NCBI GenBank assembly: GCA_964596935.1
Contig: CAZQWZ010000002.1
Location: forward strand, 1 to 34,484
DNA length: 34,484 bases
From: an uncultured Roseivirgaceae bacterium
GTDB taxonomy: Bacteria > Bacteroidota > Bacteroidia > Cytophagales > Cyclobacteriaceae
Direction of reading: 5' to 3'
Shown here: positions 1 through 7,648 of the stretch, piece by piece
How positions within the stretch are numbered: position 1 is the first letter of the stretch
How the letters are laid out: each line of letters opens with the position of its first letter
Position numbers and translations under genes: made by a program
Notes under the pieces: model-generated
The model's database searches: none
What the model was told of the DNA's origin: nothing
The model's input: the letters and a program-made list of their open reading frames with translations, nothing else

Positions 1-353
1 CGAGCCCAGTCAATTAGCATTTTATTCTCTGCCTCTGTAGGTACTTTTTCAGGGTACTTTGCTCTAAATTTTTTGGTTGGCATGTCTCCTTTTTCAATTT
101 CTTTGGCAATTTTACTTAGTTTAGAAACTAATTTAGATGTTTTCATGCTTCCTAACTCATCTAGCTTGAGTTTTATTTTTGCCTTGGTATTTTTTGAGTT
201 TGCACTATGGCAATCCAAACAAGACTTTGAAAAAATGGCTTCTATGTTTTCAGGTATTTCAATTCCTGGGTTTTGTTTAAAGTTAGTTGTAAAGCTAGTT
301 AGTAGTGCGATGACTGCGGTTATAGAAATAAGTAAAGCGATGAATTTGCTCAT
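1..353 (-). CDS. heme-binding (CxxCH) domain protein, C-terminus cut by left window edge
   Basis: Absent from the supplied ORF track because it runs off the edge. The reverse-strand ATG is at 353..351 and the frame stays open to base 1. My hand translation is MSKFIALLISITAVIALLTSFTTNFKQNPGIEIPENIEAIFSKSCLDCHSANSKNTKAKIKLKLDELGSMKTSKLVSKLSKIAKEIEKGDMPTKKFRAKYPEKVPTEAENKMLIDWA. It has an N-terminal hydrophobic helix, a CLDCH heme-c motif and a later G-D-MP...W pattern, as in small Haem_bd-type proteins. The track ORF 73..432(+) is its antisense shadow. Confidence 0.55.
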   Translation of the reverse strand, partial: MSKFIALLISITAVIALLTSFTTNFKQNPGIEIPENIEAIFSKSCLDCHSANSKNTKAKIKLKLDELGSMKTSKLVSKLSKIAKEIEKGDMPTKKFRAKYPEKVPTEAENKMLIDWA

Positions 354-385
354 AAAAGGAAGGTGTTTGTTAAAATGTTGTGTAC

Positions 386-393
386 CAAAAATA
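386..393 (-). promoter_or_regulatory. candidate Bacteroidota -7 box TATTTTTG (TAnnTTTG)
   Basis: The + strand reads caaaaata, so the - strand reads TATTTTTG, 32 nt upstream of the ATG at 353. This is an exact match to the TAnnTTTG -7 consensus of Bacteroidetes housekeeping promoters. The motif is short and AT-rich, so a chance match is possible. Confidence 0.3.
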
Positions 394-447
394 AGGATGT
401 TCATTAATTATTTGTGTAATTTATACAAATAATATGTATCGTTGATT

Positions 448-455
448 TAGTTTTG
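448..455 (+). promoter_or_regulatory. candidate Bacteroidota -7 box TAGTTTTG (TAnnTTTG)
   Basis: An exact TAnnTTTG match lies 22 nt upstream of the ATG at 478, in a divergent intergenic region. Confidence 0.3.
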
Positions 456-477
456 GTTTTTATCTAACATAATTAAT

Positions 478-900
478 ATGAAAATTATTTTTTCGATTAC
501 CTTATTACTATTACTTAACATTTCTGCATTTTCTCAAATTAAACCCTCAGATAAGGTGTTTTTTGAATTTGAAGAAACAAGTGGAGAAGTAAACGTAAAT
601 GGTGAAAATGCTATTGAGTCTTTAAACAGTTATATTATTGGTAAAACAAACCTTATAGTAGCAGATGCAAAGGCAGAAGCAAAATACCTTTTTACTTTGT
701 CCGTTGTTGAAAAAAATATGGGTAAGAGAAAAGGGAGAATTGTTATAACTGAAATTGAAAATAATAAACTAATTTTTGATACGGAATGGCAAAAAGCTAA
801 CTCTAGTGCATTTTACGGTTATTCCGGAACGAGGGCCGTTATTGGAAAAATGATTAAACAAATTTTATTGAAAGAATATAAAGAGTTGTCGGTTGATTAG
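478..900 (+). CDS. hypothetical secreted protein (signal peptide)
   Basis: A 140-aa ORF with an ATG start and the N-terminal signal-like segment MKIIFSITLLLLLNISAFSQ. I recognise no family. It converges on the next gene with only 4 nt between the stop codons. Confidence 0.55.
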   Translation: MKIIFSITLLLLLNISAFSQIKPSDKVFFEFEETSGEVNVNGENAIESLNSYIIGKTNLIVADAKAEAKYLFTLSVVEKNMGKRKGRIVITEIENNKLIFDTEWQKANSSAFYGYSGTRAVIGKMIKQILLKEYKELSVD

Positions 901-904
901 CTCC

Positions 905-2431
905 CTAGTTGGTGTGTCCTTTAATTTTATTTTTCAAGTACTCTTTTCCTAAAATTTCGCTGCAAGTAACCATGGCACCTATAGTTACGCCAAGCACACC
1001 GTGCATAACTATATTTTGGCCTGTTAATAATAAATTTGGTACCTTGGTTCGTGTATTAATGTACGATTTAAGTGGCGAGTTGTAATCTCGTTTAATACCG
1101 TATAAGCTGCCATCTGCACCCACATAATCGCGTAATGTAAGCGGAGTAGAGGTATTATACCCACTCATTTTTTCTCTTATATTCGGTATTTTAATGTTTA
1201 CCTGATCTAATAAAAGTTGCGCCTTACCCTCTTTAAATTCTTGATATTCCTTATCCCTTTCGCTTAATTCTGTAGTTGTATTAAACGTGTTTGCCCATTT
1301 CTCAATTTCTTCTACCCGCATATAAGTTATAATTATTAAGCTCTTTGCATACGCAGGGTCCTTAGGCGATTCATTATAATAGAGGGCAAAGTCCTTGCCC
1401 CAATCTTCTGGTTTATAATTGGTTAAGTTCCAAATATCTGGAGAGTTGATGTGGTATTTATTAACCTTTTTATAGGTAACCGTTTTGGGTTTTAGCGTTA
1501 TATATAACACAAAAGCAGAAGCGGTATTCTCTAAATTTAGTACTCTGTTTAAGTATGATTTTCGAATACCCGTAGTATCCATTAAGTTAAAAGTTTGGGT
1601 AGGGTGAATGTTAGAAATAAACATTTTTCCTTTGATTATTTCCCCATTTTTTAACGAAGCACTTTCAATTTTGTTATCAATTCTATTTAATCGAACTACC
1701 TCTTTATTTCGTAAAATTTGACCTCCCAATGCTTTAATTTGCTTGGCCAAGGCATTGCCAATTTTGCTGCCGCCACCAAGCACTCGAAATGAGCTCTCTA
1801 TATAGGAGTTTATAATTAGGGCGTGAATGTAGAAGGGGGCTTTTTCGCCTTCGCCAGCATAAAGCAGGTTGTTAGCTGATAGCACTGCACGTAATTTTTT
1901 ATCTTGGGTACATTCATTTATCACCTCTTTGGCCCCTTGGTAAAAGTGCTCTACTTCAGCTTCTATATTGGTATTAGTATCAATATAATAATATGAAAAT
2001 GAATTACATACTTCCTTAATTCTTCTTATGTATTCATCAAGTCCTTTTTCTTCGTTTGGGAAGAATTTTAATAATTGAATTTTAAAATTCTCATATCCTT
2101 GCGCAATTGGGTATTCATTTGGGTCATCGTTAAATGAAATAAGATCAAACCCATCTACTTCCATTTTTTCAAGATTTAGCTCCTCCATCAATCCCAAATA
2201 CTTAAAATAGGGGTAGAGTGGTTGGCCTGGTTCGAGCCCACCTATATAATGTACGCCTGTATCAAACTTTGTTTTATTAAAAAAAAAGGTTTGCAATGTG
2301 CCACCTATTTGGGCATTCTTTTCAAGAATACATACTTTTCTCCCTTCTCTGCTTAAAATTAAACCTGTTATTAGCCCACCTAAACCGGAACCAATTATTA
2401 CAACATCGTATGCTGATTTTATCTTACTCAT
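905..2431 (-). CDS. NAD(P)/FAD-dependent oxidoreductase, CrtI/phytoene-desaturase-like (amine-oxidase fold)
   Basis: 508 aa. It has the N-terminal dinucleotide-binding motif DVVIIGSGLGGL...LEKNAQIGG and a length and C-terminal region typical of the CrtI/retinol-saturase-like family. Its ATG overlaps the upstream stop by 8 nt (ATGAGTAA). Confidence 0.8.
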   Translation of the reverse strand: MSKIKSAYDVVIIGSGLGGLITGLILSREGRKVCILEKNAQIGGTLQTFFFNKTKFDTGVHYIGGLEPGQPLYPYFKYLGLMEELNLEKMEVDGFDLISFNDDPNEYPIAQGYENFKIQLLKFFPNEEKGLDEYIRRIKEVCNSFSYYYIDTNTNIEAEVEHFYQGAKEVINECTQDKKLRAVLSANNLLYAGEGEKAPFYIHALIINSYIESSFRVLGGGSKIGNALAKQIKALGGQILRNKEVVRLNRIDNKIESASLKNGEIIKGKMFISNIHPTQTFNLMDTTGIRKSYLNRVLNLENTASAFVLYITLKPKTVTYKKVNKYHINSPDIWNLTNYKPEDWGKDFALYYNESPKDPAYAKSLIIITYMRVEEIEKWANTFNTTTELSERDKEYQEFKEGKAQLLLDQVNIKIPNIREKMSGYNTSTPLTLRDYVGADGSLYGIKRDYNSPLKSYINTRTKVPNLLLTGQNIVMHGVLGVTIGAMVTCSEILGKEYLKNKIKGHTN

Positions 2432-3734
2432 GGATAGTTAACTCTCTAATGTCAATTATTTTTTTAGGCTTTCTAGCTCCTTCAGGATGCAACATGCTCA
2501 ATAATAGCGAGTTAGAAATCCTTTTAATTTCGGGCGTAACTCTTATGGCATCTACAAAATGTTTTTGAATGGTTTTTTCAAATTCGTCACTCAAAATATC
2601 AGATAAATAAACACGTATATTATCGGTGTCTAACGTAGAGTTGGATATTTCGATAACATAATGTTCAATGCTGTCAAATGATTGAAGAACTTCTTCTAAA
2701 CTTTGAGGGAATACTGTAGTGCCTTTAAGCTTAATCATTTGGTTTTTTCTGCCTTCTATAGGTCCTAGCCTAAGTGTGTTTCGGCCGCAACTACATTTTG
2801 CTAAATAAGCGCGCGATAAATCGCCTGTTTTATACCTTAAAACAGGAGTTCCTTCAATTCCTAAAGGGGTAACAGTTACTTCTCCAATCTCACCATCAGC
2901 AACGGGTAATCCATCTTTATCTAAAATTTCAAGTATAATGAGTTCAGGAATTTGATGTCCGCCCTTTTGTGCATCACATTCTGTAAAAGCAGTCATCATT
3001 TCGGTTGATGCATACGTAGAATGTAGTTGAATATCCCATTTATCACTTATTTTTTGATGCAGTTTATTGAATGTAAAATCATTATTCCGAATGGGTTCTC
3101 CTATGCAAATGGCTTTTTTTAAAGAGGTTGTATTTGGAGTTATGTTATTGGCAAGTCCAAAACTAGCAAGTTTGTATAAAAATGAGGGCACTGCAATAGC
3201 AACAGTCGGTTTAAATCTATCTATCGTTTTCCATTGAGGAGCCGGACTGCCAATACCTGACCGAATTACAGTTGCTCCAAGTAAAACAGCTCCTGTGTAA
3301 TAAGCCATACCAGCCATAAACATTTTATCAAGAGTTGTAGTTATTTGTATGGTATCATTATCTGTAATTCCAGCAATTTCTAATGATCGTTTTTCATTAT
3401 AGGCTAACCTATCTAAATCGTTTTTAGTAAGGGCAATTGTAATAGGGCTACCCAATGTGCCCGATGTTGTAACATATTCTACAATACTTTGCTTAGGAAC
3501 ACATAGAAAATCGCCATTATGTCTATCCAAATCATTTTTAGAAGTAGTAGGAATTTTAGTTAAATCATTAATCGTTTTTATAGAGTTGGGGTTAATTGCA
3601 TGATCATCAAATAACTTTTTATAAAAAGGAGAATTGGCATACAAGTACCTTATTTGCTTTTGAAGTGCAGTTTCTTGTGCAGTTTCTATTTCTTCTTTGG
3701 TTTTAAAATCCAACTTATCCTCGTTACTCCACAT
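2424..3734 (-). CDS. PaaK-like (phenylacetate-CoA ligase / F390 synthetase family) adenylate-forming ligase
   Basis: 436 aa. Adenylation core motifs are TTSGTLGSP, YASTEM, YKTGDL and GRKNQMIKLKG. Size and motif spacing fit the PaaK subfamily. It is the probable p-coumarate activating enzyme. Confidence 0.8.
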   Translation of the reverse strand: MWSNEDKLDFKTKEEIETAQETALQKQIRYLYANSPFYKKLFDDHAINPNSIKTINDLTKIPTTSKNDLDRHNGDFLCVPKQSIVEYVTTSGTLGSPITIALTKNDLDRLAYNEKRSLEIAGITDNDTIQITTTLDKMFMAGMAYYTGAVLLGATVIRSGIGSPAPQWKTIDRFKPTVAIAVPSFLYKLASFGLANNITPNTTSLKKAICIGEPIRNNDFTFNKLHQKISDKWDIQLHSTYASTEMMTAFTECDAQKGGHQIPELIILEILDKDGLPVADGEIGEVTVTPLGIEGTPVLRYKTGDLSRAYLAKCSCGRNTLRLGPIEGRKNQMIKLKGTTVFPQSLEEVLQSFDSIEHYVIEISNSTLDTDNIRVYLSDILSDEFEKTIQKHFVDAIRVTPEIKRISNSLLLSMLHPEGARKPKKIIDIRELTIHE

Positions 3735-3738
3735 TTAC

Positions 3739-4110
3739 TTAAGCAGTTATTATTACAGTAGCACTTGCCATACTTTCTGTATGAGTTAGCGACACAATAA
3801 TATGTTTAAATTTTGATTGGATAAAATAGGCTAAGGTTTCTCCATATAAAGTCATTATTGGTGCTCCATCTGTTTTGTTTGTAATTTCAATTTCCTTAAA
3901 GTTAGCTTTATTACTCCAGCCAGTGCCCACAGCTTTCATATACGCTTCTTTTGCAGCAAACCTAGCTGCAAAGTGTTGTGCTGAGCTATTTTTTGCTTCG
4001 CAATAACTTATTTCACTTGAAGAGAAAACTAACATTAAAAATTCATTTTTTTTTATTTTTAATGCCATTCGGCTAACCTCAACAAGATCTGTTCCTAATC
4101 CTCTAATCAT
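3739..4110 (-). CDS. acpS: holo-ACP synthase (AcpS-type 4'-phosphopantetheinyl transferase)
   Basis: The track ORF extends to 4221, but AcpS homology begins at MIRGLGTDLVEVSRM (compare the E. coli AcpS N-terminus, which I recall as MAILGLGTDIVEI). The ATG at 4110 overlaps the upstream TAG (4103..4105) by 8 nt (ATGATTAG). That gives 123 aa, the normal AcpS size. Confidence 0.75.
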   Translation of the reverse strand: MIRGLGTDLVEVSRMALKIKKNEFLMLVFSSSEISYCEAKNSSAQHFAARFAAKEAYMKAVGTGWSNKANFKEIEITNKTDGAPIMTLYGETLAYFIQSKFKHIIVSLTHTESMASATVIITA

Positions 4111-5767
4111 TACCTCTAATTTTACGTAACTGAGATTCAATAAATAGGCTATCTTCTTGGTAGGCGATATCCAATGATAAGGCCATTTTATAATTGCTAA
4201 TGGCTTTACTAGCCTCCTCATTAGCCATAAAATAATTTCCGAGTAGCCTGTAGGTTTCGTAGTAATTAGGGTTGGTTAAAGCAAATTCTTCTAATAATGG
4301 ATCGTCTAACTTTTTGGAAGAGGAAGTTGCGTTAACTACAATTTTCCTAATTTCTTTAAACCGTTCAAAGTTTTTAAAATCTTCAGAGTATAAAAAAGGG
4401 TCTGCTGCAATTTCTAACGAGTCTATGGTTATGGGAAACTCAACCTTTGAAGATTCTAAATTAGCAAAATATTTGAGCGAATACGCACTAAATTTATTAA
4501 TTTGATAAGGATACGTAGATACCCAAATTAGCTCTTCTACGTTATCAAAAATTACGGCATGGTGAGCAATTAACTGATTAATTGCTAAAGGGTTACCAAA
4601 CCCAATTTTGGTATTTCCATACCCTTTTTTATCCCTTAAAATGGTGGCAACACTTTTATATGTTAACGTAGCACTTGTGTTAACTAGTTCAGCTGTTCTG
4701 TTAAATCTTCTAACCGATTCTGACGTTTTTTTATGGGCAATATTTAACGGTAAATTTTTAAGCTCATCGCTTTGAAAATGGTTGGTAACAACAATCGTAT
4801 CCGAGTTTGGTGCATAAACCCCTGTGGTATCGGGTGTTTTTTCAATTACTACTACTTTTTTATCAATGGCAGATGATATAGTAAATGATTCTGAAACAAA
4901 CGATTTATATGAGTTAGCAATATTGATGGCTTCTTCAATAGTAGATGCATATTGTAGAATGTCTCTTGCAATTATAGATACAGGCGTGCCCGATTCTGAT
5001 GGTATTTCAGATTTATCTGAATTTAATGTAATACCAAGCCCTTTTTCGTTTATGCCAGATACCACGCCAATAAAACTTGGCCATGTTACCGATATAGATT
5101 TAAACCCATTTGTTGGGTTGCTAAAAAGAACTATTTTGTTTTTTGCAAATTCATCTCCGAAATAGAAATCGAAATTACGACCCACGATCATTTGTTGATT
5201 GGTTGAATCGAACTTCCATACCCCCAATGCCGTGCATCCAACTAAGTGCATGTTTTGTACGGCATGGCCAATATCGTGTGCTGCATGGTAGTTTATAATT
5301 CGATTGTATTTGGGTCCTATGTTATCAAATTTATCACTAAAAAATTCTGAAATACCGAAAATTTCCTCTCTGTACTCCTGCGGTATGTATTGGTCTAAAT
5401 CGCGATTAAACCAAGAGATGCCAAGAGTTAAAAGCTTTTTATAAAACCAAGAGGGGACTTTTGAATCAATTTCATTTAAAAATATTTCTTCTTGTTGCTC
5501 GCCTAATTGTTTTTGTAAAATACCAAGAGTTCTACCTCTTTCATAGCCATTCCCCTCTATGTAGCACTCCCAGTTGCCATTTTTATTTAACCTTAGCCAA
5601 CTATTGTTGAGGGTAAAGTGTGTAGGGGAAATTGCAATTAAATCATTTTCAACAATAGTAGAAGGGCGAATTTCTGGTTGAGTATAGATAACTCTTTTAG
5701 CAAACCAAATCGAAAATGCCACGAATAGTAAGCCTACTAGTAAAAGAATTTTTTTAATACGGTTCAC
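4103..5767 (-). CDS. membrane-anchored C45 / acyl-CoA:6-APA acyltransferase-like Ntn-hydrolase with C-terminal TPR-like tail
   Basis: 554 aa with a GTG start at 5767. The N-terminal TM helix is ILLLVGLLFVAFSIWF. The Gly-Cys-Thr motif (HLVGCTALG, Cys codon about 5234..5236) resembles the autoproteolytic G|CT nucleophile site of the C45/IAT family. The C-terminal segment YYETYRLLGNYFMANEEASKAISNYKMALSLD is TPR-like. Confidence 0.65.
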   Translation of the reverse strand: MNRIKKILLLVGLLFVAFSIWFAKRVIYTQPEIRPSTIVENDLIAISPTHFTLNNSWLRLNKNGNWECYIEGNGYERGRTLGILQKQLGEQQEEIFLNEIDSKVPSWFYKKLLTLGISWFNRDLDQYIPQEYREEIFGISEFFSDKFDNIGPKYNRIINYHAAHDIGHAVQNMHLVGCTALGVWKFDSTNQQMIVGRNFDFYFGDEFAKNKIVLFSNPTNGFKSISVTWPSFIGVVSGINEKGLGITLNSDKSEIPSESGTPVSIIARDILQYASTIEEAINIANSYKSFVSESFTISSAIDKKVVVIEKTPDTTGVYAPNSDTIVVTNHFQSDELKNLPLNIAHKKTSESVRRFNRTAELVNTSATLTYKSVATILRDKKGYGNTKIGFGNPLAINQLIAHHAVIFDNVEELIWVSTYPYQINKFSAYSLKYFANLESSKVEFPITIDSLEIAADPFLYSEDFKNFERFKEIRKIVVNATSSSKKLDDPLLEEFALTNPNYYETYRLLGNYFMANEEASKAISNYKMALSLDIAYQEDSLFIESQLRKIRGND

Positions 5768-5861
5768 GTTGGAGTTAGGTTAAAACTTTTTTATGAAATG
5801 CTTTAAGATTAATTGAATATTAGGAAGATATTTTACCTAACTTTTACTATTCTTGCGAGCA

Positions 5862-5869
5862 CAAAAGTA
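5862..5869 (-). promoter_or_regulatory. candidate -7 box TACTTTTG (TAnnTTTG) for the 5767..905 operon
   Basis: The + strand reads caaaagta, an exact consensus match on the - strand, 95 nt upstream of the GTG at 5767. The leader would be long, so confidence is low. Confidence 0.2.
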
Positions 5870-5877
5870 ACAAAATA

Positions 5878-6486
5878 ATGAAGATTTTATTAGTATTTTT
5901 CGCGTTGGTTTTTATGCCTTTTTTATTGCCTGCTCAAACGTTTCCTGCTAAAAAATATAAAACTGATAAAGTTACTTGGTTAGGCCTTGATTTTACCCAA
6001 GGGAGATTAGTTGATCACTTAGCATTTACAAATCCTTATCACCTGGCATCTAGCTATATACCCGCATGGAATAATTTTGTTCGTACTGAGCCAGATAAAT
6101 ATGATGTTAAAAGATATTTTCATAAGCATGATATTGTAATAAATATTGATTTTTCAAATGAATATAACAGTGAAATTAATCCAGATAATCTTGTGCAAGA
6201 TAAAATACATAAGATTGGTTCTGACATTATAATAAATGATGTAAAAAAATATGCTTCTACCGGGCTTGATGGTATTGGAGTTGTAATGTATGTAGAGTCG
6301 TTTAATAAAAACACCTCAACAGGTTCTTATTGGTTAGTCTTTTTTGATCTAACTTCAGGTGAAGCATTATTCTTGAAAAGAGTATATGGTACACCAAGAG
6401 GTTTTGGTGTAAGAAATTATTGGATTGCCACTTTTCTTGGTTCGCTAAAATCAATTGATGGAATGTTGTGGAGATGGCTAAAGTAA
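5878..6486 (+). CDS. hypothetical secreted protein
   Basis: A 202-aa ORF with an ATG start and the signal-like N-terminus MKILLVFFALVFMPFLLPAQ. I recognise no family. It ends 27 nt upstream of the methyltransferase gene, so the two are probably co-transcribed. Confidence 0.55.
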   Translation: MKILLVFFALVFMPFLLPAQTFPAKKYKTDKVTWLGLDFTQGRLVDHLAFTNPYHLASSYIPAWNNFVRTEPDKYDVKRYFHKHDIVINIDFSNEYNSEINPDNLVQDKIHKIGSDIIINDVKKYASTGLDGIGVVMYVESFNKNTSTGSYWLVFFDLTSGEALFLKRVYGTPRGFGVRNYWIATFLGSLKSIDGMLWRWLK

Positions 6487-6513
6487 AGGTATAGTAGTAT
6501 AAACTAGAGTAAC

Positions 6514-7572
6514 ATGTTGAAAAAAGAACTAGGCGTGATTGACGCTAAATATGAAGCCCAAAAAATAGCTTTTGCGCCATTTGTTTTTCAGGTCAGTCGT
6601 ATTTTACGGGACAAGGGAGTGCTCACATTTATTCGTAAAAAAAGACGAAAAGGAGCTGATATTGCCACCCTGCATGCAGAACTTGGCGTTTCAGAATATG
6701 GGTTGCGTATTTTGCTTGAATTGGCTTCAACGGCTGGAGTTGTTGATCGCCACGAAGGGGAAGTATATACACTTACAAAAACAGGTTATTTTTTAGACTC
6801 GGATGAGCTGACTAAAGTAAATATGGACTTTACGCACGATGTGTGTTACAAAGGGTTGTTTCACTTAGAAGAAGCTATTGACGAGGGAAAACCTGCAGGC
6901 TTAAAAGAAATTGGCGATTGGTCAACCTTGTATGAAGGCTTGTCAGAATTTCCCCCAAAAGAGCAGAAGTCTTGGCTTAATTTTGATCATTATTATTCTA
7001 GCGATTCTTTTCCTGAGGCATTACCTCTAATTTTTGCCGATAAACCCAAACGATTTTTAGATGTTGGCGGTAATACAGGCAAATTCTCTATTAAATGTTG
7101 TGCCTATGATGCTGATGTAAAGGTAACTATTGTTGATTTGCCTGGCCAGATTGGCTTGGCAACTCGTAATATTGAAATGCATAAATTAGAAGATAGAATT
7201 GATTTCTTTCCGTTAAATATGTTGTTTCCAGATAAGCCGTTTCCCAAAGCTGATGCTATATGGATGAGCCAGTTTTTAGATTGCTTTTCTGAAGAAGAAA
7301 TTGCAACTATTTTAAAACATGCAGCCAAAGCTATGAACCCCAAAACTAAGCTGTTTATTATGGAAACTTTTTGGGATAATCAAGATTATCCGGCCGCAAC
7401 GTTTTCGCTTGCCGCTACATCGGTTTATTTTACCGCTATAGCCAACGGAAATAGTAAAATGTATGGCATTAAACGCTTTATAAACTTGGTAGAGAATGCT
7501 GGTTTAAAAGTAGTTGAAGAAAAATTTCCGATAGGAGTGAGTCATACTATTTTAACATGTATGTTGCCATAG
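6514..7572 (+). CDS. class I SAM-dependent O-methyltransferase (COMT-like, with N-terminal winged-helix/dimerisation region)
   Basis: 352 aa. The SAM motif I is FLDVGGNTGKF and the acidic post-I residue is in TIVDLPG. The N-terminal roughly 100 aa resemble the dimerisation domain of Methyltransf_2-type small-molecule OMTs. Confidence 0.8.
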   Translation: MLKKELGVIDAKYEAQKIAFAPFVFQVSRILRDKGVLTFIRKKRRKGADIATLHAELGVSEYGLRILLELASTAGVVDRHEGEVYTLTKTGYFLDSDELTKVNMDFTHDVCYKGLFHLEEAIDEGKPAGLKEIGDWSTLYEGLSEFPPKEQKSWLNFDHYYSSDSFPEALPLIFADKPKRFLDVGGNTGKFSIKCCAYDADVKVTIVDLPGQIGLATRNIEMHKLEDRIDFFPLNMLFPDKPFPKADAIWMSQFLDCFSEEEIATILKHAAKAMNPKTKLFIMETFWDNQDYPAATFSLAATSVYFTAIANGNSKMYGIKRFINLVENAGLKVVEEKFPIGVSHTILTCMLP

Positions 7573-7593
7573 GAACCTATAGAATTAAAAACT

Positions 7594-7630
7594 AAAAGCT
7601 CCTTTTAAAATCAATAAAAAGGAGCTTTTT
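7594..7630. terminator. bidirectional rho-independent terminator between convergent genes
   Basis: A perfect 13-bp stem pairs aaaagctcctttt (7594..7606) with aaaaggagctttt (7617..7629), around a loop of about 10 nt. A-runs and T-runs flank it on both strands. It sits between the stop at 7572 (+) and the stop at 7649 (-). Confidence 0.7.
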
Positions 7631-7648
7631 AGGTGTTTAGCCAAATAT

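Noticed and set aside
73-432. 119-aa + strand ORF (TTG start) from the track
   Set aside because: It is the antisense shadow of the - strand CxxCH heme-binding-domain gene (1..353). It has a low-complexity, Leu/Phe/Ser-rich translation and no promoter or family signal.
2279-2287. Homopolymer runs of 9 A/T (2279..2287, about 4046..4054, about 17427..17435) as phase-variation slippage sites
   Set aside because: They encode Phe or Lys runs that are normal for an AT-rich genome. All the reading frames are intact, and nothing in the context suggests contingency loci.
905-2431. Carotenoid cluster interpretation based on the CrtI-like flavoprotein
   Set aside because: The window has no phytoene synthase, lycopene cyclase or hydroxylase. 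The gene is coupled to an aryl-acid ligase and a PPTase instead.
4111-4221. 37-aa N-terminal extension of the PPTase ORF (ATG at 4221)
   Set aside because: It would overlap the C45-like gene by 119 nt. AcpS homology begins exactly at the Met at 4110 (MIRGLGTDLVEV), which also gives the recurrent 8-nt coupling overlap.
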